Positions 7,165 through 15,398 of a stretch of DNA of 20,696 nucleotides are shown piece after piece. The stretch's first letter is position 1. Each line of letters starts with the position of its first letter. The notes under the pieces are model-generated. The model made no database searches. It was not told the origin of the DNA and was given only the letters and a program-made list of their open reading frames with translations. This stretch comes from Candidatus Iainarchaeum sp. (GTDB lineage: Archaea; Iainarchaeota; Iainarchaeia; Iainarchaeales; Iainarchaeaceae). The position numbers and the translations under genes were made by a program. Location of the stretch: contig JBDRLP010000036.1 of assembly GCA_043812975.1 (NCBI GenBank), positions 1 to 20,696 of the forward strand. Reading direction: 5' to 3'.

Positions 7165-10100
7165 ATGAAAAGTCATATTATGCTTACAAGGCGGGGGAAA
7201 GGGAAATCCCTGACCGTTAATTCGTTACACAAACTGTTATCACTGGTCATCCTGCAAATTTTGCTGGTTGGATCAGTAGCCCCCGTTCTTGTAACCCCTA
7301 TTCAAGAAGAAAAATCTTTCGACAAAACAATTGAAGAATGGAAAGATTTTTTCGAATTAGTAATGCAACTTTTTTTCAAATCAAAAAAACAAAACAAAGA
7401 AACAAATGAAAATTCTAATGAATTGCGAGAAAGGATTGCTCAACCAGTTAAACGCGAATACACAATCAAAAGCGTTACAGAAAAATCACGCATTGTAAGA
7501 AATGTTGATTTGACTAAGCAGAAAGAAACACAAAGCAATTATTTTAATTCAGTTCAAAAAGCAGGTTCATGTGAAAGAGGTTGGGTTTGTAATGGAAACC
7601 AATCTGAATTTGTTGATAGTAGTTGTCAAGTAAGAATAACAGGTAGCTGTAGCCAAGGGTGTGATATTACAAGTGGACAATGTATTGGTAGATCAGATAC
7701 TTGTTTGGTGGACTCTGATTGTGGTGCGGGAGAAGAATGTTTTGATGGAGGATTAAGAAAATCATGCGTTCCACTTGATAATCCAACTTGTGAACCGGGG
7801 TATTATTGTAATTCTTATGGAGACCACTCTGACTTAGTAGATGTATCCTGCGAGTTAATTTCAGCTACTTATTGTGAATATGATTGTAACGATTCTACTG
7901 GCTTATGTAATGAAGCTCCAAGTTGTACTGAAGGATGGGCTTGCAATGAACAAGGGCATTCAGAATATGTAAACTCGGTTTGTGAAGTAACACAAATTAG
8001 AAGTTGTGGGGAACGGGGTTGTAATCAATCTACGGGAGATTGTAATGAAAATAATGTTTGTGAAAGAGGTTGGACTTGTACTGAAGAATATCGTTCAGAA
8101 TTTTCTAACAGTTATTGTAATATAACGGCTGGGGCTAATTGTGATTTGCCTTGTGATTTGGTTACTGGACAATGTCCTGACTACTCTGATTCATGCCAAA
8201 CAGATGCAGATTGCAATCCTGGGGATGAATGTTTTGATGGGGGAAGTTATAACACGTGTGTTTTAATGGATGAACTTGTTTGTAATCCTGGTTGGTCTTG
8301 CGATATTGAAGGATCGCCTGAAAGAGAAAGGTTACTTGATGCATCCTGTCGTAAAACAGAATCAAATATCTGTCAACATGGGTGTGATCGACAAACTGGA
8401 AGATGCATTCAACTGACTGATTGTGAAGTTGGCTGGTCTTGCACAGAAGACGAACTTTTTTCTAAATATTATAATGAAAGTTGTGATGTAATGGCATCAA
8501 AATGGTGCTTCAATGAAGGTTGTGACAATGGCACGGGTCAGTGCATTTTAGAAATTTCTGATGAGTGTCAAAATGAGGCTGATTGTAATCCAGGTATGAC
8601 TTGTTATGATGGGTCAAGTTATAATGTTTGCGGAGATGCTGAAAATCCTAGCTGTGAGGATGGCTGGACATGTAGCGTTGATGGCGGAAGAAGATATCTT
8701 CTAGATTCTAGTTGCAATTATTTAGGGGTTGAAGAATGTGGGGGTTTTGGCTGTGATAATACTACTGGCACATGCAATCCAGAGCCACAATATGAACCAG
8801 GTTGGAATTGTGAAGAGTATGAAAATCCTAATGCAGGAATACGTTATTACATGGTTTACTCTGAAAATGATGAAATAACTTTAAGAATAAGCTGTGGAGA
8901 TTTTGGGTCAGGAACCTGTGTTGAATCTACTGGAATGTGTGAATCTATAAACCAAGACGAATGCCAAACAGACAACGAATGTGCCCCCGGAGACAGGTGT
9001 GATACAAGTTCAGCGTATAATATGTGTGTGCCAAACAATACAAATTCTTGTGATTCTGGATGGTATTGTGATTATCGGGATTCGGATAATTTATTGTATA
9101 TAGAATCCGATTGCTCTGTTTCAGACATAAAATATTGTTCTGAAGAGTGCTTTAGCGACCCTTATGTTGGTTGTGGAGAAGATTGGGTTTCTGAAGAACC
9201 TGAATGTAATAATGAGTGGGCTTGTAATTTGTTTGGTGATGCAGTTGTATTAAATGAAAATTGTCAAGAAGTTGATTATCTTGTTTGTCCATTCGGATGT
9301 GATCAAGGCGCTTGTGTTTCAGAGGAGGGGGATTTTAGTTGTAACGAAGGGAATGTGTGTTTGAACACAACTCAGAATACATACTTATTTTCAGATTGTT
9401 CATCCAACAACCGAATCCATCATTGTGAATCTAGTTGTAACTTTTCTACAGGGGAATGTAATGATGAAGCTGAAAATTGTGATTCCAACTATGAATTGGC
9501 TTGTTCTTCGGGCGACGTCTATTGGTATAATTCTTGTGGAAATAAGGAAGAAAAGTATGAGGATTGTGGTTCTGCTGGCTGTACTGATGGACAATGTAAT
9601 TCAATTTCTTTTGAACCTGACGAATGCACTGTTGGAAATCCTTGTGATGTTGGTAATGGGGATTGTGATTCTGATAATCAGTGTGTAAGTGGGGCAATAT
9701 GTTCCCAAGATGTTGGGTCTAATTATGGTTTTTCTTCAGGCACGGATGTTTGTGAATATCCTGATTATGAACCCGATTATGATGAATATGAAACCGGGTG
9801 GACTTGTAAAAATAGTTCTACAATGGCTTATAGATATAGCGATGGAGATTGGGGTAAGTCAATGGGTTGTTTATTCGGCTGTTCGAATGACCTTTGCGAA
9901 TTCCCTTTAATATTTGATAGTTCAAAGTCTTCTGTTAAAAGTGCAAAGTCGGTTAATGTTGATTTTTATTCTTTGATAATTGCAGAAATTTTTGTTATAA
10001 GTGCAATAACACTTGCAACTTTTTCAATTTTTATTGCAGACACTTATATTTTCAATGAAAACGGTGTTCTTAATGTGTCTCAATGGCCATCAAATTTCAC

Positions 10101-10413
10101 TTTTGATGAAGTAGCAATGAATTCTGATTATCTGAAACACGGCAGTGCTATTGCAAATAGTTATACTCAATATAAAGATATTTGCAAAGATGTTATGGAA
10201 AGCCAGGAGAGACACAAAGTTAATAGATACGCCCAATCAAGTACGGATGCATTTGTTGCTTTCGATATTATTTCTAAGGTTCTTGTAATATCCAAGGAAT
10301 CTGGGAAAATTTTTCATTGTCAGAAAGTCAGGTCTGATTATGTGGATAGTAAGGTTAGAAGGGGGATTTGGGAGCCTGTTCCATGGTATCCAAACATTTA
10401 TGCAATCATTTAA
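7165..10413 (+). CDS. Large exported Cys-rich repeat protein with a late hydrophobic helix and a C-terminal putative RNase toxin domain (polymorphic-toxin-like)
   Basis: N-terminal hydrophobic segment LLSLVILQILLVGSVAPVLV. About 13 CxxGWxC...C...C..GC...G.C repeats and 4 CxxDxDCxPGxxC modules. Hydrophobic FYSLIIAEIFVISAITLATFSIFIA, then a roughly 105-aa tail with YLKHG...Y...VAFD..SKVLVI...SGKIFH. The CDS is secure; the toxin call is inference. Confidence 0.75.
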   Translation: MKSHIMLTRRGKGKSLTVNSLHKLLSLVILQILLVGSVAPVLVTPIQEEKSFDKTIEEWKDFFELVMQLFFKSKKQNKETNENSNELRERIAQPVKREYTIKSVTEKSRIVRNVDLTKQKETQSNYFNSVQKAGSCERGWVCNGNQSEFVDSSCQVRITGSCSQGCDITSGQCIGRSDTCLVDSDCGAGEECFDGGLRKSCVPLDNPTCEPGYYCNSYGDHSDLVDVSCELISATYCEYDCNDSTGLCNEAPSCTEGWACNEQGHSEYVNSVCEVTQIRSCGERGCNQSTGDCNENNVCERGWTCTEEYRSEFSNSYCNITAGANCDLPCDLVTGQCPDYSDSCQTDADCNPGDECFDGGSYNTCVLMDELVCNPGWSCDIEGSPERERLLDASCRKTESNICQHGCDRQTGRCIQLTDCEVGWSCTEDELFSKYYNESCDVMASKWCFNEGCDNGTGQCILEISDECQNEADCNPGMTCYDGSSYNVCGDAENPSCEDGWTCSVDGGRRYLLDSSCNYLGVEECGGFGCDNTTGTCNPEPQYEPGWNCEEYENPNAGIRYYMVYSENDEITLRISCGDFGSGTCVESTGMCESINQDECQTDNECAPGDRCDTSSAYNMCVPNNTNSCDSGWYCDYRDSDNLLYIESDCSVSDIKYCSEECFSDPYVGCGEDWVSEEPECNNEWACNLFGDAVVLNENCQEVDYLVCPFGCDQGACVSEEGDFSCNEGNVCLNTTQNTYLFSDCSSNNRIHHCESSCNFSTGECNDEAENCDSNYELACSSGDVYWYNSCGNKEEKYEDCGSAGCTDGQCNSISFEPDECTVGNPCDVGNGDCDSDNQCVSGAICSQDVGSNYGFSSGTDVCEYPDYEPDYDEYETGWTCKNSSTMAYRYSDGDWGKSMGCLFGCSNDLCEFPLIFDSSKSSVKSAKSVNVDFYSLIIAEIFVISAITLATFSIFIADTYIFNENGVLNVSQWPSNFTFDEVAMNSDYLKHGSAIANSYTQYKDICKDVMESQERHKVNRYAQSSTDAFVAFDIISKVLVISKESGKIFHCQKVRSDYVDSKVRRGIWEPVPWYPNIYAII

Positions 10414-10451
10414 ATTATTTAAAAAACGATTATTATAATAGGTTTTAAACT

Positions 10452-11024
10452 ATGGTTTCAAAAGATTTTGAAGAAGTTGCTTTCAAACATTTAGATTACT
10501 TAGAGGGGGCTGTTAAAGAGGTTAGTGATATTTACGAAAAAAATAGTAAATTTGATAGGGATTCGGTTGCTTATCCAATTGATTTAATAGAACAACTAGA
10601 ATATATTTCTCAAGAAATTGACAAATCTCTTAATGCAAAATTTTCTGAAAAACTTTCTGAACTCAAAAATAAATTCAAAAAACTTCAGGAATCCATGGGA
10701 CAAGATTTTCTCGATGAGGCATTTAGAGAATTTGTTCTATTGTCAAAATATTACTCTAATGAGGTAGATGAGATGATTATCAAGAATTTTCGTGAGGATC
10801 TTTGGCCTCATTATGATGATGTAATAATACAAAGAGATAACCTCGAGGTTTTGTCAAAGTTTTTGAATGGAAAAAGGAATATTAGTCAAATGTTGCGTGA
10901 AATTGAAGTGGCTGACGCTAAGTTTAAAGACAATATAAAAGGTTTCTCAAAACATTATGATGTCTATGATGATGAGTATTATCCTAAAAGTTTTTGGTGG
11001 AGACATTTGAAAAAAATTAAATGA
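10452..11024 (+). CDS. Acidic alpha-helical cytoplasmic protein; candidate immunity protein
   Basis: Starts 38 nt after the Cys-repeat gene, has no signal peptide, shows two similar helical halves, and ends RDNLE...EIEVADAKF...YPKSFWWRHL. It has its own TATA-like TTTAAAAA at 10418-10425. Confidence 0.6.
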   Translation: MVSKDFEEVAFKHLDYLEGAVKEVSDIYEKNSKFDRDSVAYPIDLIEQLEYISQEIDKSLNAKFSEKLSELKNKFKKLQESMGQDFLDEAFREFVLLSKYYSNEVDEMIIKNFREDLWPHYDDVIIQRDNLEVLSKFLNGKRNISQMLREIEVADAKFKDNIKGFSKHYDVYDDEYYPKSFWWRHLKKIK

Positions 11025-11050
11025 TAAAGAGAAAAATGTGGTGATGGAAA

Positions 11051-12241
11051 ATGAGGATATTTTTTTGTTTGGTTTTTTTAATATTATTATCTGGGTTTAT
11101 TTTTGCGGATGCTCCAATACCTAAAAGTGAAACAATAGTTATTTCTGGTTTGCAGAATGATTCTATGTTGAATGCTCAGTATTTTGATTATTTTAATGAG
11201 TTTGTATACGGGTCTTTTAATAGTAAAGCTAAATCTGGTTTGGATTTTGCTTGGAGAAAAACAACAGTAAACCAAAATGGATTGTTTGTGGTTACTTTAT
11301 CTCATGGGCAAAATAGTTCATTTAACTTGTTGGCTCAGAATTCTTGTAATCAAAATTTATGTGACTTGCAAAAAATGCGAGGATATGATTATTGTATTTT
11401 CAATGCGGTTCCCGGAGAATATTATTTTGGGGTTCAAGGAAGCGGGCAATATTATTTGGATGTTGATTTTTCTCCAAATGCTAAAGTGAATTCACAAACT
11501 GCAAATGAGTGCCAATCAGTAACTTGTTTTAATAATGCTGAGTGTAATGATTTTAACTCTGACACTGAAGATGTTTGTGTGAATCCTGGTGCTGTTGATA
11601 GTTATTGTTCTAATGAGGAAATAAATAGTTGTGTGATTGTTGGGGATGTTGATGGGGATTCTGTGGTTGATTCTGTTGACGTTCAATTGGTTGTGAATAT
11701 GGCTTTAGGAATTGAATCTTTGGAAAACTATCCTTGTGCTGATTTTGATTTGGATGGAAAAATCACTGCTGTTGACGTTCAATCTGTCCTTAATGCGGTT
11801 CTTGGTATTACTAGTGAATCCTTTAACCCAAAGGAAAGCACTCTTGAACTTGAAAAAAATGAAACTAAGGTTTTTTCCGTGAGCTTGGAGAATAACCCTT
11901 GGGTAAATATTTCTACGGAATGGTTTTTGAATGACAACAAGGTGTCATCCGAAAGTGAATTTGTTTTTGACTCTCAAGAAATTGGCTCTGGAAGCCATGA
12001 TTTGATGTCAGTCGTGAAAGGGGACGACCCCCTTCTTAGCCATGAAAACGTTTGGAAAATACTCGTTTCAGGGATAGCCTGTGAATTGGCTCCAGATTCA
12101 GGGGCCTGCAAAGCATATATTCCAAAATATTACTACAATTCCGAGTTGAATAGTTGTAGACGATTCATTTGGGGTGGTTGTGGAGGAGTAATACCATTTC
12201 ACACTTTGGATTCTTGCCAACAAACATGTGAATTAAATTAG
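11051..12241 (+). CDS. Secreted multidomain protein: signal peptide - PPC-like beta domain - Cys linker - dockerin - Ig-like - BPTI/Kunitz protease inhibitor
   Basis: Signal MRIFFCLVFLILLSGFIFA and PGEYYFGVQG..Y.L.V. Duplicated Ca-binding loops GDVDGDSVVDSVDVQ / ADFDLDGKITAVDVQ (11642-11806). Six-Cys Kunitz CELAPDSGACKAYIPKYYYN...C..FIWGGCGG..PF...C...C (12080-12229). Confidence 0.85.
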   Translation: MRIFFCLVFLILLSGFIFADAPIPKSETIVISGLQNDSMLNAQYFDYFNEFVYGSFNSKAKSGLDFAWRKTTVNQNGLFVVTLSHGQNSSFNLLAQNSCNQNLCDLQKMRGYDYCIFNAVPGEYYFGVQGSGQYYLDVDFSPNAKVNSQTANECQSVTCFNNAECNDFNSDTEDVCVNPGAVDSYCSNEEINSCVIVGDVDGDSVVDSVDVQLVVNMALGIESLENYPCADFDLDGKITAVDVQSVLNAVLGITSESFNPKESTLELEKNETKVFSVSLENNPWVNISTEWFLNDNKVSSESEFVFDSQEIGSGSHDLMSVVKGDDPLLSHENVWKILVSGIACELAPDSGACKAYIPKYYYNSELNSCRRFIWGGCGGVIPFHTLDSCQQTCELN

Positions 12242-12254
12242 AAATATTTTCCTT

Positions 12255-12722
12255 TTATTTTACTTTTAGTTTGTTTGGGTTAGCGCCTTGTTTTTTTGTG
12301 CTAAAAACGTATAGGCTGTTAGTTCTTTCAATTAATTCTTCATCGCCAGAAATTTTCTGGTTCCACGTGTCAACTTCCTTTTCATCATGGAATTTGACGA
12401 CAATGGCTAGGTCATACTCGCCGGCCATCCTGTGCAGTGAACAAACGTTATCATCTTTTGCCCATTTTATTGCCGCAGCTTCGAGTTTTCCGGGTTTTGC
12501 TTTTGTCAAGATAAGAAAGGTGGTGGTGTAACCAAGTTCAGTTAGATTAATCTTTGGTTCAAAGCCCTCTAATACTCCTTTTTGTTTTAATTTGAATATT
12601 CTGTATGTAATTGCTTGCCTCGTCAAACCAAAGGTGTCAGCAATTTTTTGGTAATTAGTTTTTGTTGTGTCAGGGTCATCTTCTAATGTTTGCAGAATTT
12701 TTTTGTCTAGTTCATCAATCAT
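12255..12722 (-). CDS. Lrp/AsnC family transcriptional regulator
   Basis: MIDELDKKILQTL...IADTFGLTRQAITYRIFKLKQKGVLEGF, INLTELG and AGEYDL. The ATG at 12722 fits the family N-terminus better than 12758. Confidence 0.93.
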   Translation of the reverse strand: MIDELDKKILQTLEDDPDTTKTNYQKIADTFGLTRQAITYRIFKLKQKGVLEGFEPKINLTELGYTTTFLILTKAKPGKLEAAAIKWAKDDNVCSLHRMAGEYDLAIVVKFHDEKEVDTWNQKISGDEELIERTNSLYVFSTKKQGANPNKLKVK

Positions 12723-12963
12723 TAAAATCCCTTCTTGCTTTATGTAATAATTAAGCATAAATATTTATAAATAGCGTGATGAAAAGCAAACAGAAAATAG
12801 GAATTAGTTGCGTTTTTTGATATAAATTGTCATTTCATTAGCTTTTTAATAACTTATAGACCATTAATTTATTCACTAAATATAATCAACCAAACAGTTG
12901 ATTGTGAATCAACCGCAGGTATATAAGTACTCAAAACTGATTTGTTACCGCGAGACAGGGACT

Positions 12964-13473
12964 ATGGACGAAAAAGTCATTGAGGTTAGAGACCTTTTTC
13001 AGGAAGTAATACCTTCCTTTGGAATCATGCACGCCAAAACATATTCTTCTTTGATGAGTGGGGAAATAAAGACGGCAAAACAAGTTAGCAATGAAACCGG
13101 CATTTCACATAACAAAATTTACTCTGTTCTTAAAGATTTAATTAAGGAAAAAATTATTTCCTCAACAAACACAAATCCGGTTAGTTACCATGCAAAAGAA
13201 CCTTCTAAAACTTATGAGAAACTTGTGAACAAAAGAATACTTGCTTTAGAAAAAAAACCGGAAATATTTGACAAAATTATTCATGACGTGGAACCTATTA
13301 ATGAAAGAGAATATATCGTGAGAATAACAAACACACAAACCAAGCTTTTTGACAACAAAAACAAGGCTATTGTAAAAGAATCACAAGAGGCCAGAATGGT
13401 ACTCGAAAAACTATCTGACTATACAAAAGAATTAAACACAAAGAAAGAGTATGCCTACGCTACCTATAGATAA
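12964..13473 (+). CDS. TrmB-family wHTH transcriptional regulator
   Basis: AKTYSSLM.GE.KTAKQVSNETGISHNKIYSVLKDLIKEKII....TNPVSY.A..P matches the TrmB N-domain. Likely start is the ATG at 12964 (ORF track starts at TTG 12898). Confidence 0.85.
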   Translation: MDEKVIEVRDLFQEVIPSFGIMHAKTYSSLMSGEIKTAKQVSNETGISHNKIYSVLKDLIKEKIISSTNTNPVSYHAKEPSKTYEKLVNKRILALEKKPEIFDKIIHDVEPINEREYIVRITNTQTKLFDNKNKAIVKESQEARMVLEKLSDYTKELNTKKEYAYATYR

Positions 13474-13527
13474 CTAACTACTCAATAGCAGACATAGGTT
13501 TATAAAGATAAAAGACATGTTTTTGTA

Positions 13528-13707
13528 ATGCCTTTCAACAAAGCAAAAACAACAATCGAATTACTATCGGAAACAAGGGACAAACTCAAAAAACTTGGGC
13601 AACTGGGTGAATCATACGACAATGTACTAAACGACTTAATCAAACTAGGAAAGAAACAACCAACAGAACTAGGCAAAATACAAGAAGAAAGAAGAAAGAA
13701 TAAATAG
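13528..13707 (+). CDS. Small ribbon-helix-helix DNA-binding/antitoxin-like protein (59 aa; not in ORF track)
   Basis: MPFNKAKTTIELLSETRDKLKKLGQLGESYDNVLNDLIKLGKKQPTELGKIQEERRKNK* has the archaeal RHH pattern TTI.L..ETRD.L..LG..GESYD.V...LI. TTTATAAA at 13499-13506 is at leaderless-promoter distance. Confidence 0.8.
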   Translation: MPFNKAKTTIELLSETRDKLKKLGQLGESYDNVLNDLIKLGKKQPTELGKIQEERRKNK

Positions 13708-13753
13708 AAGAATAAACATTAAAATAAAGTAAGTTATGGGAAAAATCTTGTTG

Positions 13754-13830
13754 GAACTACCCTTTTGAACCACCCTAAAAAAGGACAGGGACTATACCTC
13801 TTTGTCCCAGCCCGGGAGGGGGGATAGTTC
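13754..13830. ncRNA. GC-rich intergenic structured element (candidate small RNA)
   Basis: Closing stem GAACTA(13754-13759)/TAGTTC(13825-13830), extending to 9 bp with one G-U on the minus strand. Internal hairpin GGGAC(13788-13792)/GTCCC(13804-13808). GC-rich within AT-rich flanks. Confidence 0.3.
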
Positions 13831-13883
13831 TATTTTTATGTTAAAAGAAACAATTTAATACTAAAAAGAATCTTTGTATTAAA

Positions 13884-14801
13884 ATGAGAAACTCAATTAA
13901 AGTAGGAATAGTTTCAATAATAATATTATTTTTCGTTCTAACTGCTTTTGCAGATATGGTTAGTGTTATTGGACCAATTAATGACGTAAGTTCTTGTAAA
14001 TCTTCGCCAGTTGCAGTATCACTATGGTGCATGGTATGCAACTCTCAATGCCAAGCGGATGATGAAAATCCAAAATACTTTTCATTTAACTATGATTCAA
14101 ACACACTTAAACACTCATGCTCGTGTACAAACCAGCCTCCGGAAGAAACTGAAGAAGAGGAATTAGAACTTAATACTTGTTTTGAAGAATTGGTTGGAGA
14201 AAGTCAACTGGACGGAATAGTAATAATGGGCAGTGCCAAAGATACATGGTCTTTGAAAAAATTGTATGATCATGAATCTGAAAAAAATACGGAAAGTGAA
14301 TTTAATAATGACGTTCCTGCTTGGGGTCAAAGTGCTATCAGCACTGCATGGGAAGATACATTTGGAGGCGATTTAATAAGAATTCTGCTTCCTGGGGTCA
14401 CTGATCCTTTCACCTATGAAGAATCAGCTACAAAAGCTTTTTTTGAAAAAGTTGATGCGGTTCAGGGAACACAAATAGAACAAATCAAAAAAATCTACGG
14501 GCTTGTATCAGAAGCGCTTCCAAATTATAGAAGCGATCCAGAAGGAAAAGAATGCCTGACTTTCGAGCAAGCGCTTCAAAGAAAAGAAGGAATTTGCAGA
14601 GAACAGGCAGCATTACTAAAAACCGCTTTACAGAGGAAAGGCATAGATGCACAAATGGCTTTCAGTTCAAAACACGCATGGGTAAGAGTAACAATACACC
14701 AACCAGGCTCTGCCTGCGATGGTTGGACAATTGACTTGGATCCGACTTGGTATAAAGAATTTGTGCCTTTGAATGTTAGACCAAACAATGAGGGTGCTTA
14801 A
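13884..14801 (+). CDS. Secreted transglutaminase-like (papain-fold) Cys-His-Asp enzyme
   Basis: Signal peptide, Cys-rich N-terminal module, and catalytic motifs GICREQAALL, HAWVRV and LDPTW. Confidence 0.85.
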   Translation: MRNSIKVGIVSIIILFFVLTAFADMVSVIGPINDVSSCKSSPVAVSLWCMVCNSQCQADDENPKYFSFNYDSNTLKHSCSCTNQPPEETEEEELELNTCFEELVGESQLDGIVIMGSAKDTWSLKKLYDHESEKNTESEFNNDVPAWGQSAISTAWEDTFGGDLIRILLPGVTDPFTYEESATKAFFEKVDAVQGTQIEQIKKIYGLVSEALPNYRSDPEGKECLTFEQALQRKEGICREQAALLKTALQRKGIDAQMAFSSKHAWVRVTIHQPGSACDGWTIDLDPTWYKEFVPLNVRPNNEGA

Positions 14802-15398
14802 ATGGAAAAAATAAAAATTAGCATGATTGTTTTTTTTATTCTTTTAAGTAGTATTTTTGTTGCTGCGGAAACCAATCATTTTTCCAATTCTGCTTTTGAA
14901 TTTGACTATGATTCTTCCTGGAAAATCATGGACAATAAAGAAGAATTATTGTTTTCAACTGAAAATAATTTGATTTTTTATTCACTAAATGAAAACTCAC
15001 TGGCATTTATTTCACGGTTTAGTGAAAGTGAGTACTCAACAATGGGAAATGTAGAAGAATACCCTGCAATAGAAATCACAAGTAAAGAAGAAACAGAAAT
15101 TTTTTCTTTACCTGCAACCAAATACAAGGCAATAATTAATGAAACAGACTTATCAGGATATGGAGAATTCATTGTCAGCGAGGTTAGTGAGGGCTACTTT
15201 TACAGGGTTTCGGTTATAGCTGAAAAAGAAAACTATGTTCCTTTCGAATTTTTTACAAGTAATTCAGATACAACGAATGGAAATGAAAAACCAAATACTG
15301 ATTCAAATAATCAACCAGTAAAAGAAATTGGATTATTAGAGTGGCTTATTGGACTAATAAGCGGTTTTTTCAACTGGCTCTTTTCACTTTTTGGTTAA
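14802..15398 (+). CDS. Exported acidic protein, PsbP/DcrB-like start, with a C-terminal amphipathic membrane anchor
   Basis: Signal peptide, FSNSAFEFDYDSSWKI, a low-complexity linker and GLLEWLIGLISGFFNWLFSLFG. Its ATG immediately follows the stop of the transglutaminase-like gene. Confidence 0.6.
   Translation: MEKIKISMIVFFILLSSIFVAAETNHFSNSAFEFDYDSSWKIMDNKEELLFSTENNLIFYSLNENSLAFISRFSESEYSTMGNVEEYPAIEITSKEETEIFSLPATKYKAIINETDLSGYGEFIVSEVSEGYFYRVSVIAEKENYVPFEFFTSNSDTTNGNEKPNTDSNNQPVKEIGLLEWLIGLISGFFNWLFSLFG

Noticed and set aside
7570..9900. Cys repeats considered as a CRISPR array, DGR template/variable repeats or a DNA tandem repeat
   Set aside because: The repetition is at protein level only. 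The DNA copies are highly diverged, no adenine-specific mismatch pair was seen, and there is no reverse transcriptase or cas gene in the window.
8162..11489. Short ORFs nested in the Cys-repeat and dockerin/Kunitz genes (8162..8365, 8856..9038, 9400..9594, 9425..9688, 9446..9697, 9689..9910, 11087..11275, 11277..11489)
   Set aside because: By-products of TGT/GAT-rich codon usage. The Val/Met/Ile-rich +1 frames are typical artefacts.
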